Positions 20,543-33,847 are shown, counted from the stretch's first letter. The stretch: 64,000 nucleotides of DNA from an uncultured Candidatus Binatia bacterium (GCA_965215605.1 OZ244070.1:1696001-1760000); one strand, 5' to 3'. Notes: generated from the sequence alone by a model not told the origin. Numbers and translations: made by a program.

Positions 20543-21127
20543 CTACGCCACCTCCTTGATCGACGACACGCCCGTGGCCTTCATCATGCGCTCGATGAAC
20601 GCGTGCACGTGGGTGTATTTCGCGTCGATCTCCCGGTCCAGGGAGGTGTAGAGGTAGTGGAGCTGCGTGTAGATGGAGATGTCGGCCAGGGTCATGCGGC
20701 CGAAGATGAAACCCCTTCCGGAATAGAGCAGGTCCAGGTTCTCCAGGTGGACCGCCAAGTCCTTCTCGGCCTGCTGCACGTCCTCGTCCGTTTTTGCCCT
20801 GCGAAAGCTCATGACGGCGCCGTTGAGGTCTTCGTCGGCCCAGTCCTCCAGCATCAGGCACAATCCCTTGTCCGAGGGATTGTCCGGGTAGACGGTGGGC
20901 TCGGGAACTTTCTCCTCCCAATACTTGGCCAGGATGGTGGAATCCTGAATGCATTGGCCGTCGATGTCCATGGTGGGGACCTTCCGCTGGTTGGAGAATG
21001 CGATCAGCGACTCGCGGTTGTCGGCGCGGACGTCTACCACCTCGTAGGGTACCTTCTTCATGGCGAGGACGACGCGGAGTTTTTCGCAGAACATCGAGTT
21101 TTTGGAGTTGAAGAGCCTTGTTGCCAT
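20543..21127 (-). CDS. Glutathione S-transferase family protein
   Basis: SMFCEKLR, KVP..IDG..IQDS and TLADI. Confidence 0.85.
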   Translation of the reverse strand: MATRLFNSKNSMFCEKLRVVLAMKKVPYEVVDVRADNRESLIAFSNQRKVPTMDIDGQCIQDSTILAKYWEEKVPEPTVYPDNPSDKGLCLMLEDWADEDLNGAVMSFRRAKTDEDVQQAEKDLAVHLENLDLLYSGRGFIFGRMTLADISIYTQLHYLYTSLDREIDAKYTHVHAFIERMMKATGVSSIKEVA

Positions 21128-21172
21128 GGTAACGCCTCCTTTTGCCGCCTGGGCGACGGGTAACACTGGTCC

Positions 21173-21952
21173 TTAAAGATATCCGTGCTGTTCCAGGAAA
21201 TCGTTCACGTAGCCGTCGAAGGTGACCGGGTCTTCCAGACAGCAGGCGTGGCCGGTGGCCGGCACCACGCGGTGGACCGCACCCGCGATCCTGGCAGCCA
21301 TGAATTCGCTGCCCGGCCTGGAGTTGTCGGACTCGCCGTTGATCACCAGCACCGGCATGCGCAACTCCGGCAGCCGTTCGGTCTGGTTGCGGTTCTGCAG
21401 CGCCTTGAAGATCTCGACGATAGCCGCGCCGCTGAGGCGGGGATCCCAGTCGGTGAAGCGGTCGAGCAGGTAGCCGCCAAGGCGGCTCGCGGGGAACCCG
21501 GGCGCGACCAGGGCTTCCAGGTGCTCCCTGTGAAAGCCGGCAACGCCTCGGGAATATCCGGCGATGCGGTGTCGATACGCGTCCGAGGGCCGGCTACTGC
21601 ATCCCACCATGATCAGCGCCTTGAACATCTCAGGGTGGTCCAGCCCCATCTGGAGCACCATGACGCCGCCCACGCTGATGCCGGCGGCGACGGCCTCGCC
21701 GGCCCCTTCCTGCCGGCACACCGCCACCACGTCCTCCGCCATCTCTGCCATGGAGGTCGGGGTCTCGGGCTTGTCCGAGTGTCCGTAGCCACGGATGTCC
21801 ACGTTGATGATCTTGAACCGGGTGGAGAAGTGCGCCGCCTGGTACAGCCAAAGGCGCCGGTCGAACGGGTTGGCGTGGACCAGCACCAGCGGGAAACCTT
21901 CTCCCGACACATCGTAGTGGATGCGCACGCCGTTGACCGTACAGTAGGGCAC
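21173..21952 (-). CDS. Alpha/beta hydrolase
   Basis: DIRGYGHS, nucleophile elbow GISVGG, GESD and C-terminal GH. Start GTG is inferred. Confidence 0.85.
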   Translation of the reverse strand: MPYCTVNGVRIHYDVSGEGFPLVLVHANPFDRRLWLYQAAHFSTRFKIINVDIRGYGHSDKPETPTSMAEMAEDVVAVCRQEGAGEAVAAGISVGGVMVLQMGLDHPEMFKALIMVGCSSRPSDAYRHRIAGYSRGVAGFHREHLEALVAPGFPASRLGGYLLDRFTDWDPRLSGAAIVEIFKALQNRNQTERLPELRMPVLVINGESDNSRPGSEFMAARIAGAVHRVVPATGHACCLEDPVTFDGYVNDFLEQHGYL

Positions 21953-22103
21953 CCGGACTGCATAGAACGTCGCCCGGCCGGCGTCAAATGACTGGGGCGC
22001 ACGAGACCGGGGCACACGACGTAGCGTGGCGAGGTCGGGGCCAGGGTGTCCCGGGTCAGGGCTGGAATGACGCCAGGGGAGGCGTTGTGCTAGGGTTGTG
22101 CCC

Positions 22104-23549
22104 ATGAGCGAGATTCACTTCGTGGACACGACGTTGCGGGACGGGCAGATGAGCCTCTGGGCCACGCGCATGCGCACGGGCATGATGCTGCCCATCGCCG
22201 AACGGATGGGCCGGGCGGGTTTCGACGCCCTTGAGTTGATGTCCAGCATCTTCCTCAAGAAGTGCGTCCGGGACCTCAAGGAGGACCCCTTCGAGCGCAT
22301 CCGTCTGGTGAAGGAAAAGATGCCCGACACCCCGCTGCGCATGACCTCCGGACGGTTCAACGCCTTCGAGGTGACTCCGTATTCGCTGTACGCGCTCTAC
22401 CTGCGGCGCATGCACGAGAACGGCATGAGCCAGGCCCGGATATCGGATGAGTGGAACGATCCGGTGGGGTGGAAGCAGAAGGTGCAGACGGTGATCGACG
22501 CCGGACTCGAGCCGATCCTCAACCTCATCTACTCGGTATCGCCCAAGCACACCGACGACTACTACGCGGAGCGGACGCGGCAGGCGGCGACCCTCGACGT
22601 GTCGCGCATCTGCCTGAAGGACCCCGGCGGGCTGATCACCCCGGACCGGGTCCGCAAGCTGGTGCCGTTGGTGCTGGAGAACGCCAACGGGATCCCGGTG
22701 GAGTTCCACACCCATTGCACCACCGGGCTCGGGCCGCTGTGCTGCGTCGAAGCCATCAAGCTGGGCATCACCATCGTGAACACCGCCATCCCGCCGCTGG
22801 CCAACGGCTCGTCCAACCCGTCGCTGTTCAACGTCGCGGCCAACGCCCGGGCGCTGGGCCACACCACCGCCGTGGACGAAGAGTCGATGCAGACGGTGTC
22901 CGAGCACTTCGACCGCATCGCCGGGCAGGAAGGTCTGCCGCCGGGGGAGCCCGTGGAGTACGACTACGGGCAATACCTCCACCAGGTGCCCGGCGGCATG
23001 TATTCCAACCTGCGCCACCAACTGGAGAAGGTGGGCTTGGGGCACAAGTTCCAGGAGGCCCTGGAGGAGTGCGGCCGGGTGCGGGAGGAGTTCGCCTATC
23101 CGATCATGGTGACGCCGCTGTCGCAGTTCGTGGGAAGCCAGGCGGCCATCAACGTCATCGTCGGCGAGCGCTACGCCCAAGTCACCGACCAGAGCATTCT
23201 CTACGCCCTGGGGCTTTGGGGCGAGGAGGGCAGCCGGCTGATGGACCCGGAAGTCAAGGACAGGATCCTGGACCGGCCCCGGGCGCGCGAGCTGGCGAAA
23301 TGGGACCCGCCGCAGCCGTCCATCGCCGAGATCCGGAAAGGCTTCGAGCCCGGCCTCTCGGACGACGACCTGCTGCTGCGCTGGCTCGTCACCAAGGACG
23401 AGTTCGACGCCATGCGTGACGCCGGCCCGGCGACGCCCTACACGGGTAACGGCGTGCTCGGCCTGCTGCGAAACCTGCGCGGGCACAAGGCCAACCACGT
23501 CTACATCAGCAAACCGGGGCTGAAGCTGTCGCTGCAAGGGTCGGCGTAG
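22104..23549 (+). CDS. Pyruvate carboxylase subunit B / oxaloacetate decarboxylase alpha-like carboxyltransferase lacking a biotinyl domain
   Basis: DTTLRDG..SL, CLKDPGG, HTHCTTG, HQVPGGM and PIMVTPLSQFVGSQA. No AMKM motif. Confidence 0.85.
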   Translation: MSEIHFVDTTLRDGQMSLWATRMRTGMMLPIAERMGRAGFDALELMSSIFLKKCVRDLKEDPFERIRLVKEKMPDTPLRMTSGRFNAFEVTPYSLYALYLRRMHENGMSQARISDEWNDPVGWKQKVQTVIDAGLEPILNLIYSVSPKHTDDYYAERTRQAATLDVSRICLKDPGGLITPDRVRKLVPLVLENANGIPVEFHTHCTTGLGPLCCVEAIKLGITIVNTAIPPLANGSSNPSLFNVAANARALGHTTAVDEESMQTVSEHFDRIAGQEGLPPGEPVEYDYGQYLHQVPGGMYSNLRHQLEKVGLGHKFQEALEECGRVREEFAYPIMVTPLSQFVGSQAAINVIVGERYAQVTDQSILYALGLWGEEGSRLMDPEVKDRILDRPRARELAKWDPPQPSIAEIRKGFEPGLSDDDLLLRWLVTKDEFDAMRDAGPATPYTGNGVLGLLRNLRGHKANHVYISKPGLKLSLQGSA

Positions 23550-23567
23550 GGGCGGGTTTCAAACCCG
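23546..23567 (+). repeat. GTAG-type REP-like palindrome (family B) overlapping a stop codon
   Basis: GTAGGGGCGGGTTTCAAACCCG; related copies at 36448 and 40164. Confidence 0.75.
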
Positions 23568-23604
23568 GCGCCGCTGCCGGCGATTCGACAGCGGGAGGCA
23601 TGCC

Positions 23605-24681
23605 ATGAGCACGAACACGGAAACCGAGGCGTTCTACCGGGAAGTGGACGCGAAGCACCTGGTGCCGCTGTGGAACATCACCCAGGACGCCTTGCCCGCG
23701 GAACCGCGGTCGCCGGTGAAGGCCCACCTGTGGCGTTGGGCGGACCTGCGCCGGCTGGCGCACCGGGCCGGGGACCTGGTGCCCATCGAGCGGGGCGGCG
23801 AGCGGCGTGTGCTGGGGCTGGTGAACCCGGGGCTGGGCGGCAAGCACGCGGCCACCCGGACGCTGTGGGCGGCGGTGCAGATCGTCAAGCCGGGAGAGGT
23901 CGCTCCCTGCCACCGGCATTCCCCCTCGGCCATCCGCTTCATCATCGAGGGCGACCGCACCTACACCAACCTGAACGGCGACAAGTGCATCATGAGCCGC
24001 GGCGACTTGGTGCTCACGCCGAGCTGGGACTGGCACGACCACGGCTGCGAGTCGGACGAGCCCATGATCTGGATGGACGGACTGGACCTGCCGCTGGTGG
24101 GCGACCTCGACGCCACCTTCTTCGAGATGTACCCGGACCACCGTTTTCCCATCACCGACGTCAACGAGTCCGAGCGCAAGTTCGGCGTGACGCACCTGCG
24201 CCCCACCTGGGAGAAGCCGCCGGACGACCGCTCGCCGCTGCTCAACTTCAAGTGGGAGCCCACCTACGACGCGCTCCAACGCATCGGAGAGGGGCCGGCC
24301 AGCCCCCACGACGACGTCTGCTTCGAGTACCTGAACCCGAGCACCGGCGGACCGGTTCTGCCCACCATGAGTTGCACCATCCAGATGGTGCGGCCCGGCG
24401 TCCGCACGCAGGCACACCGGCAGGTGCAGAGCTCGGTGTATCTGGCCTTCGCCGGAAAGGGCTACTCGGTCATCGACGGCCAGCGGTTCGAATGGGAGCA
24501 GGGCGACTTCTTCGTGGTGCCGCCCTGGGCCTGGCACGAGCACGCCAACGACACCGATGGCGAGTCCATCCTGTTCGCCATACACGACGCGCCGGTGATG
24601 AAGGCCCTTGGCCTCTATCGCGAGGAGAGCTATACAGAGGGAGACGGCCACCAGGAGATCACGGGGAGCTTCGAAGCATAA
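23605..24681 (+). CDS. Gentisate 1,2-dioxygenase-like bicupin
   Basis: ERRVLGLVNPG, HRHSPSAIRF, WHDH, WMDGLDLP and second cupin WAWHEH. Confidence 0.85.
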   Translation: MSTNTETEAFYREVDAKHLVPLWNITQDALPAEPRSPVKAHLWRWADLRRLAHRAGDLVPIERGGERRVLGLVNPGLGGKHAATRTLWAAVQIVKPGEVAPCHRHSPSAIRFIIEGDRTYTNLNGDKCIMSRGDLVLTPSWDWHDHGCESDEPMIWMDGLDLPLVGDLDATFFEMYPDHRFPITDVNESERKFGVTHLRPTWEKPPDDRSPLLNFKWEPTYDALQRIGEGPASPHDDVCFEYLNPSTGGPVLPTMSCTIQMVRPGVRTQAHRQVQSSVYLAFAGKGYSVIDGQRFEWEQGDFFVVPPWAWHEHANDTDGESILFAIHDAPVMKALGLYREESYTEGDGHQEITGSFEA

Positions 24682-24722
24682 TGCTTCAAGGCAACGGCCC
24701 TCGAAACGCGGAAAGACCGGAA

Positions 24723-24971
24723 ATGGCGAAGTACCTCCAATGCAGTGAGTGCGGCAAGCTGGCGTTCTACTACGACGGTTACGTCGGCACCGAGAAGCCC
24801 TTCTACCTCAAGAACATGATCTATCCGGACGGCAAGCAGCCGGAAACTCCCCGCTGCATAAGCTGCAACGCCGTCCCGCGCATGCTCTTCGACTTCATCA
24901 AGGAAGACAAGGAGCCCCTCCCGACACCGGCGCCCGTATCCGAGCCCGAATCGGAAGCGGCGCCGGAGTAG
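24723..24971 (+). CDS. Small putative zinc-ribbon protein
   Basis: Two CxxC pairs (CSEC, CISC) and gene-like codon usage. Confidence 0.6.
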   Translation: MAKYLQCSECGKLAFYYDGYVGTEKPFYLKNMIYPDGKQPETPRCISCNAVPRMLFDFIKEDKEPLPTPAPVSEPESEAAPE

Positions 24972-25142
24972 GCAAGGCGACACTTCCAATCGTCATTTCT
25001 CGAATCAGGTTCCCGTACCGGTTTCGCCCGTCCCGCGCCCCCGGGCGGTGAATCGCTCGAACAAGCCCTCCAGACGCGTGATACGCTCCTCCAGCTTCAC
25101 GAAGTCTCGAGCCCGGGACCTGAGGTCATCCCGGGATCGCAC

Positions 25143-25610
25143 CTACGGCGCGCACTTCACCAGGGTGACGTTGCCGGTGCTGCGGTCGTAGGTGGCGACG
25201 CCGGTGCCGGTGCCGCAGCCGCTGGCGACCGTGGCGGTGACCACAAACGTGGTAGCGTCGCCGGTGGTGATGGCCGGGGTGACGTTTGCGCTTCGGGTGT
25301 AGCCGAAGCCCGTCAGGTCGGCGAGGGTTGCCGTGTAGGTGTTGTTGTCCACGAAGTAGCCCTCCTGGGCCAAGGCCATGTTCCTCACGTTGGCCTGGGC
25401 ATCGGCGTCATAACCCTTGCGCCGGTAGGCGCCGAACTGGGGAATCGCCATGGAGGCGAGGATGCCGATGATGGTGATCACCACCAGCAGCTCAATCAGG
25501 GTGAACCCGGCTACCCGATCCCGCCGGCGACCGTCCATCCCCGCGGCGGCGTCCCCGATCCTTCCGCAAACGCGGTCCGCAAGACCCTTGGCGCAATCAT
25601 CCATATTCAT
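25143..25610 (-). CDS. Type IV pilin
   Basis: Prepilin site G/FTLIELLVVITIIGILA and a C-terminal Cys pair. Start is ambiguous (long or short leader). Confidence 0.85.
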   Translation of the reverse strand: MNMDDCAKGLADRVCGRIGDAAAGMDGRRRDRVAGFTLIELLVVITIIGILASMAIPQFGAYRRKGYDADAQANVRNMALAQEGYFVDNNTYTATLADLTGFGYTRSANVTPAITTGDATTFVVTATVASGCGTGTGVATYDRSTGNVTLVKCAP

Positions 25611-25621
25611 CTCAAGACTCC

Positions 25622-26842
25622 CTATTGCACCATGCCGCCGATCTGGAAGATCGGCAGATACATGGCGATGACGATGCCGCCGAGCACCATGCCCAGGACG
25701 ATCATCAACAGCGGTTCCATCAGCGTGGTCAGCCGGACCACCGCGCGGTCCACCTCCTCCTCGTAGAAGGCCGAGATCCGGTTGAGCATCGTGTCCAGAG
25801 CGCCGATGTTCTCCCCCACGGCGACCATGTGGCAGACCAGCGGGGGAAACAGGCCGCTGGCCGCCAGCAGGTCGGCCAGGGTCATCCCTTTCTCCAAACC
25901 GTCCCGGGTCTCCAGGATCGCGCGCTCCAGGATCTTGTTCCCGCTGGTTCCCGCGGTGACGGTCAGACTGTCCAGCAGGGTCACGCCGGACCGGAGCAGC
26001 AGTCCGGTGTTGTGGCTGAAACGGGCGATGGCGGCCTTGCGCGCGAGATCGCCGATGAGCGGAAGCCTCAGCAGCCATCCGTGGAACCCTCTGCGCCCGC
26101 GTTCGGTGCGCCAAGCCGCATGGGCCGCAACCGCAAGGACCGCGGACCCGCCGAGAAGGGCCGGAGAATAGTCGTACAGGCCGCGGCTCAAGGCGATGGT
26201 CAGCTCCGTCAAGGGGGGCAGGGCCTGTCCCATGCCCCGGTAGACTTCCGCGAACACCGGGATCACGTGGAGGAGCAGCACGGCCACCACCACGACCGCC
26301 ACCACCACGACGGTGGCGGGATAGACCATAGCCGTCCGGACCTTGCGCTTGAGCCGCGCGGAACGCTCGATGAACAGCGCCAGGCGCGCAAGGATCTCGG
26401 GCAGGACGCCGCCGTGCTCGCCGGCGGCCACCATGCGGACGAACAGGGTGTCGAACAGCCTGGGGTGCCGGGCCATGGCCGCCGTCAGCGTCATCCCGTT
26501 GGAGACGTCGAGCCGCACGGTCTGAAGCGCCTTCTTCACCACCCCGTTCCCGGTCTGGTCGGCCAGCACCTGGAGACACTCGACGATGGGCACGCCGGCC
26601 TCGATCATCACCCCGAAGTTCCTCGTCAGCATGACGATGTCATCGGCGTTGACCCTGGCGTTGAATCCGGGGACATGGATCTCCCGCCCCAGTCCGGCGC
26701 CCTTCTCCCGGATGCCCGACGGCACCGGCCGAATCCTTCGCCGGCGGAGCTCCGCGGCTACCGCCGCGGGGTCCGCCGCTTCCATCTCGCCCCGAAGGAG
26801 CTTTCCCTCCCGGTTCCTGCCCCGCCACCGGTACCGCGCCAT
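25622..26842 (-). CDS. pilC: Type IV pilus platform protein (GspF/PilC family)
   Basis: AGVPI, AGEHGG, AMVYP, VGENIG.LD.ML, MEP and AMYLPIF. Confidence 0.9.
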   Translation of the reverse strand: MARYRWRGRNREGKLLRGEMEAADPAAVAAELRRRRIRPVPSGIREKGAGLGREIHVPGFNARVNADDIVMLTRNFGVMIEAGVPIVECLQVLADQTGNGVVKKALQTVRLDVSNGMTLTAAMARHPRLFDTLFVRMVAAGEHGGVLPEILARLALFIERSARLKRKVRTAMVYPATVVVVAVVVVAVLLLHVIPVFAEVYRGMGQALPPLTELTIALSRGLYDYSPALLGGSAVLAVAAHAAWRTERGRRGFHGWLLRLPLIGDLARKAAIARFSHNTGLLLRSGVTLLDSLTVTAGTSGNKILERAILETRDGLEKGMTLADLLAASGLFPPLVCHMVAVGENIGALDTMLNRISAFYEEEVDRAVVRLTTLMEPLLMIVLGMVLGGIVIAMYLPIFQIGGMVQ

Positions 26843-26846
26843 GATG

Positions 26847-28565
26847 TCACCCGGACGTGGACGCCGCGGGGAACCCCGCGCCGGCGTCCGAGGGGTCCGC
26901 CTCCGTCACCCGCAGCGCCTCCTCGACGGTGGTCACCCCCTCACGGACCTTCCGGACGGCCGCCTGACGCAGGGTCCGCATGCCTCGACGGATGGCGGCG
27001 CGTTTGAGGTCCGCCGCGGAGCCGCCCTGGAGAATCATCTTTCGAAGGTCGTCGCACAGGGTCATCACCTCGTAGACGGCCACCCGCCCCCGGTATCCCG
27101 TGTGGTGGCATTCGGCACAGCCCGACCCGTGAGTCGTCTCGACGTCGCGCACGGCTTCGGCCCGACCCGGCGCCGCCGCAAGCGCTTCGGCATCCAGCGC
27201 CGCCCCGGCTCCGCACCCGGCGCACACCCGGCGCAGCAGGCGCTGGGCCGCGATTATGGTGATGGCGGAGGCGATCAGGTAGGGCTCCACCCCCATGTCC
27301 GTCAGACGGTGGACGCTGGAAGGCGCGTCGTTGGTATGGAGCGTGGTGAGCACGAGATGGCCCGTCAACGCCGCATTGACGGCGATGCGGGCGGTCTCGG
27401 CGTCACGGATCTCTCCCACCATGATGATGTCCGGGTCCTGGCGCAGGAACGCTCGCAGGCAGGCGGCGAACGTGAGCCCGATTTCGCCGTGGGTCTGGAC
27501 CTGGTTGACGCCCGCGAGATGGTACTCCACCGGGTCCTCTGCCGTGGAGATATTCACGTCCGGGTGGTTGAGCTCCGACAGCATGCCGTAGAGCGTGGTG
27601 GACTTGCCGCTTCCGGTGGGTCCGGTGAGCAAGATCATGCCGGCGGGCTTGCTCATGGCCTCGGCGAAGAGCCGCCGGTCCCGGGCTTCCAGCCCCAGCC
27701 CGTCGAGGCTGGTGACGAGATCGGACCGGTGCAGCAACCGGAGCACCACCTTCTCCCCGAACCGGGTGGGCAGCACCGATACCCGCACGTCCACTTCGCC
27801 CGCGGCCGCGGCCAGCTTGAGACGTCCGTCCTGGGGCAGGCGATGCTCGGCGATATCGAGGCCGGCCAGCACCTTGACGCGGGAGGTCAACGCCAGCTTC
27901 ATCTCGCGCGGCGGGGTCATGACTTCCTGCAGCACGCCGTCGATCCTGAAGCGGATGCGCACGCCCTCCTCGTAGGGCTCGATGTGGATGTCGCTGGCGC
28001 CGCGCGCCACCGCGTCCTTCAGAAGCGAATCCACCAGCGCCACCACCGGCGTGTCCGTGGCGGGTTGTGCCGGGGCCGCGGGGCGGCGCCCGCCCGTCCT
28101 TTCTCCATGCGCCGCGCCACGCAGGGACGGGTCGCGGTCCACGGTACGGGGACGGTCCTCCAGGATGCTTCGGATGGCGGAAGGACGCGCCAGCACGGTC
28201 CTCACGTCATGCCCGGTCATGAACCGGATCTCCTCGATGGCCGCCAGGTCCGTGGGGTCGCTCATGGCCACGTCCAGCACCGACCCCGAACGGGCGAGCG
28301 GAAGCATGCGGCGTTTCCGCAGCAGCGGCAGGGGCAGCAGGCCGGCGGCCGCATCGTCGACGTCCGAAGGCGTCAGGTCCGTCTCTTCCAGCCCGAACCG
28401 CTCGCCAACGAACGCCATGATCCGGCCCTCGTCCGCGGCGCCGTCCTCCACCAGGGCCGCCACCAGGTTGGCGCCGGTGCGCCCCTGGGCCGCCGCGGCC
28501 CGGTCGCGCTGCTCACGGGTGACGACGCCGGCCCGTACCATCGATTCTCCAAGAGAGAGTTCCAT
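26847..28565 (-). CDS. pilB: Type IV pilus assembly ATPase (GspE/PilB family)
   Basis: ASDIHIEP, RLPQDG, GPTGSGKST, EDPVE, LRQDPD..MVGEIRD and a tetracysteine motif. Confidence 0.9.
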   Translation of the reverse strand: MELSLGESMVRAGVVTREQRDRAAAAQGRTGANLVAALVEDGAADEGRIMAFVGERFGLEETDLTPSDVDDAAAGLLPLPLLRKRRMLPLARSGSVLDVAMSDPTDLAAIEEIRFMTGHDVRTVLARPSAIRSILEDRPRTVDRDPSLRGAAHGERTGGRRPAAPAQPATDTPVVALVDSLLKDAVARGASDIHIEPYEEGVRIRFRIDGVLQEVMTPPREMKLALTSRVKVLAGLDIAEHRLPQDGRLKLAAAAGEVDVRVSVLPTRFGEKVVLRLLHRSDLVTSLDGLGLEARDRRLFAEAMSKPAGMILLTGPTGSGKSTTLYGMLSELNHPDVNISTAEDPVEYHLAGVNQVQTHGEIGLTFAACLRAFLRQDPDIIMVGEIRDAETARIAVNAALTGHLVLTTLHTNDAPSSVHRLTDMGVEPYLIASAITIIAAQRLLRRVCAGCGAGAALDAEALAAAPGRAEAVRDVETTHGSGCAECHHTGYRGRVAVYEVMTLCDDLRKMILQGGSAADLKRAAIRRGMRTLRQAAVRKVREGVTTVEEALRVTEADPSDAGAGFPAASTSG

Positions 28566-28643
28566 AGGACTTGTTCTCCTGAAGTACTTTGATCGGCCGG
28601 GCGGCCGAAAACTGTAGGGGAATGTGGAAAAAAGGTCCGGAGA

Positions 28644-31363
<2,720 letters not shown>

Positions 31364-31367
<4 letters not shown>

Positions 31368-32683
31368 CGATCCCTCGTGCGCGGGTCCATGCGGCGCCGG
31401 ATCTCGTCCACCAGCCGGTCCACGGGTATCCTCACCTGGGTCATGGCGTCCCGGTCGCGCAGCGTCACCGTCCGATCCTTCATGGTCTCGTGGTCCACCG
31501 TGATGCCGAAGGGGGTGCCGATCTCGTCCTGCCGCCGGTAGCGGCGGCCGATGGAGCCGGCCTGATCATAGACCACCGGAAAGTGCTCCTTCAGGATGTC
31601 CCGGATCTCCTGCGCCCGCTCCGGCTGTCCTTCCTTCCTGAGCAGCGGGTAGACGCCCGCCTTGAACGGCGCCAGGCGCGGGTCGAGACGCAGCACGATC
31701 CGCCGGTCGCCCTCCACCTCCTCCTCGTCGTACGCGTCCACCAGGAACGCCAGCAGGGGCCGGTCCACGCCGGCGGAGGGCTCGATGACGTAGGGGACGT
31801 AACGGCTGCGGGCGGCCTCGTCGAAGTAGGTCAGGTCCCTGCCGCTGTACTCCATGTGTTGCTTCAGGTCGAAATCGCCGCGGTTGGCGATGCCCTCGAG
31901 CTCGGACCAGCCGAACGGAAACTCGTACTCCACGTCCACGCAGGCCTTGGCGTAGTGGGCCAGCTCGTCGCTGCCGTGGGGGCGGATACGGAGGTTCCCG
32001 GCGCGGACGCCGTTGTCCACGTACCACTGGAGACGCGTCTCCTGCCAGGACTGGAAGGCCTCCTCATCCTCGCCCGGCTTGACGAAATACTCGATCTCCA
32101 TCTGCTCGAACTCGCGGGTGCGGAAGATGAAGTTGCCGGGGGTGATCTCGTTCCGGAAGCTCTTGCCGATCTGCGCTATGCCGAAGGGGAGCTTCTGGCG
32201 CGCGGTGTCCAGCACGTTGGCGAAGTTGACGAAGATGCCCTGGGCCGTCTCCGGCCGGAGGAAAACCGTGCTGGCGGTGTCCTCCACCGGCCCCATGAAG
32301 GTCTTGAACATGAGGTTGAACTGCCGCGCCTCGGTGAGCTCGCCGCCACAGTCCGGGCACGCCCGCGCTTCCACGTGGTCCTCCCGGAAACGGTGATGGC
32401 AGGCCTTGCACTCCACCAGCGGGTCGGAAAAGCCGGCGACGTGGCCCGAAGCCTCCCACACCCGCGGGTGCATCAGGATCGAGGCGTCCAGGCCGACGGT
32501 GTCGTTGCGGCCGGTGACCACCGCCTTCCACCACGCCTCCTTGACGTTGCGCTTGAGTTCCACGCCCACGGGCCCGTAGTCCCACGTGCTGCCGATTCCT
32601 CCGTAAATCTCGCTGGAAGGGAAGATGAACCCTCTCCGCTTGCAGAGGTTGACGACCTTTTCCATCGTCGCGTGCTCATTCAT
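31364..32683 (-). CDS. glyQS: Glycine-tRNA ligase, homodimeric type
   Basis: [25 protein letters not shown] and [15 protein letters not shown]. Confidence 0.96.
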
Positions 32684-32736
32684 GGCTGCTCTGACTCTCC
32701 TGTGGTGTCGTCTGCCGGAACGAAGCCCGCCGGGAC

Positions 32737-33498
32737 CTATTGAAATGAACCATCCAGGAAGGCTACGGACTTCAGCTTCTTACTAATCTGGTACTGGATA
32801 AACAAGGGCACCACCGCACGGGTCTCCCTGAGGGCCGGCGGGGAGAACACCGGCGCCGCCCCGTCCATCCAGCCGTGCCGCTGGAAGTGCGTCAGGATTC
32901 CCAAGGCTTCGGTCGTCAGCGGCACCGATTCCCGGCCGAGACCGCCGCAGTCGCGGCACAGGACGCCGCCGTCCCGCGGACTGAACTCCCACCGGCCGTT
33001 GCCGGACGAGGGCCGGGTGCCGCAACGCTGGCAATGCTCCAGGGTCGGCTGAAACCCGGCCAGCCGCAGCAGCGTCAACTCGAAGGCGGTGAGGAACTCC
33101 GTCGACGCCTCGTTCTCCTCCAGGAACCGCAACCCGTCCCGCAGGTGGTGGAAGAGCGACAGGCTGTCGTCGCCGTCCCGCGTCAGCTCATCGGTGATTT
33201 CCACGAGATGGGAAGCGTGCGCGATCTTGGCCAGGGTTCTGGTTATCCGCCGGAAGACGTACACCCAGTCGCAGCCGTGGACGAACGCCAGCGGGCTGTT
33301 GGATCGTTGATGGAAACGCAACTGGACAAGCGTGAAGGGCTCGAGAACGTTCAGGAATCGTTTGCGGGACCGCTTGGCTCCCTTGGCGATGCCCCTGATC
33401 TTGCCGTAATCCCGCGTAAGGAAGGAAACGATCTTGTCCGATTCGCCGTAGGCCCAGGATCGCAGCACGATGGCCGGGCTCGACCGTATCACCGGCAC
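32737..33498 (-). CDS. recO: DNA repair protein RecO
   Basis: [19 protein letters not shown] and CxxC pairs (CQRC, CRDC). Confidence 0.92.
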   Translation of the reverse strand: MPVIRSSPAIVLRSWAYGESDKIVSFLTRDYGKIRGIAKGAKRSRKRFLNVLEPFTLVQLRFHQRSNSPLAFVHGCDWVYVFRRITRTLAKIAHASHLVEITDELTRDGDDSLSLFHHLRDGLRFLEENEASTEFLTAFELTLLRLAGFQPTLEHCQRCGTRPSSGNGRWEFSPRDGGVLCRDCGGLGRESVPLTTEALGILTHFQRHGWMDGAAPVFSPPALRETRAVVPLFIQYQISKKLKSVAFLDGSFQ

Positions 33499-33620
33499 TC
33501 AAATCCCCCCCGACATGAACGGCGTCCCCTCCGTGCCTGGCAGCCTGCCTGCCGGTCCCGCCGTGCGATCATCGCCATCCGTACGTATACACCAAGCCGC
33601 CGAAAAAGTCGCGCACGCAT

Positions 33621-33684
33621 GGATTCACGCTTTCGTGGGAATGACGGGAGGGGGCGGGAATGACGGGGGGTAGCGCCGAATGAC
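33621..33684. repeat. REP-like family A copy with two trailing partial copies
   Basis: GGATTCACGCTTTCGTGGGAATGAC, then GCGGGAATGAC and CGAATGAC. Confidence 0.75.
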
Positions 33685-33748
33685 AGAAAGGATGCCGGAA
33701 TACCGGAGCAGGACCCGGAAATGAGATTTTGCGACGATTCCGGCCACC

Positions 33749-33777
33749 TTGACAAGGTCCCATACGGTGATTACCTT
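33749..33777 (+). promoter_or_regulatory. Sigma70-type promoter for the grpE-dnaK-dnaJ operon
   Basis: TTGACA-17 nt-TACCTT, about 70 bp upstream of grpE. Confidence 0.6.
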
Positions 33778-33847
33778 CTCTCGGCCGTTGCGGGGCAAGG
33801 GGTCCATTTTTGCCCACGGGACAGGACATCGAAAGCACGACAGCATC

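Noticed and set aside
24972-25142. Intergenic region between convergent genes with a CCCGGGA...TCCCGGG hairpin; considered as tRNA or ncRNA
   Set aside because: No cloverleaf, T-loop or CCA, and no U-tract; at most a weak terminator-like hairpin.
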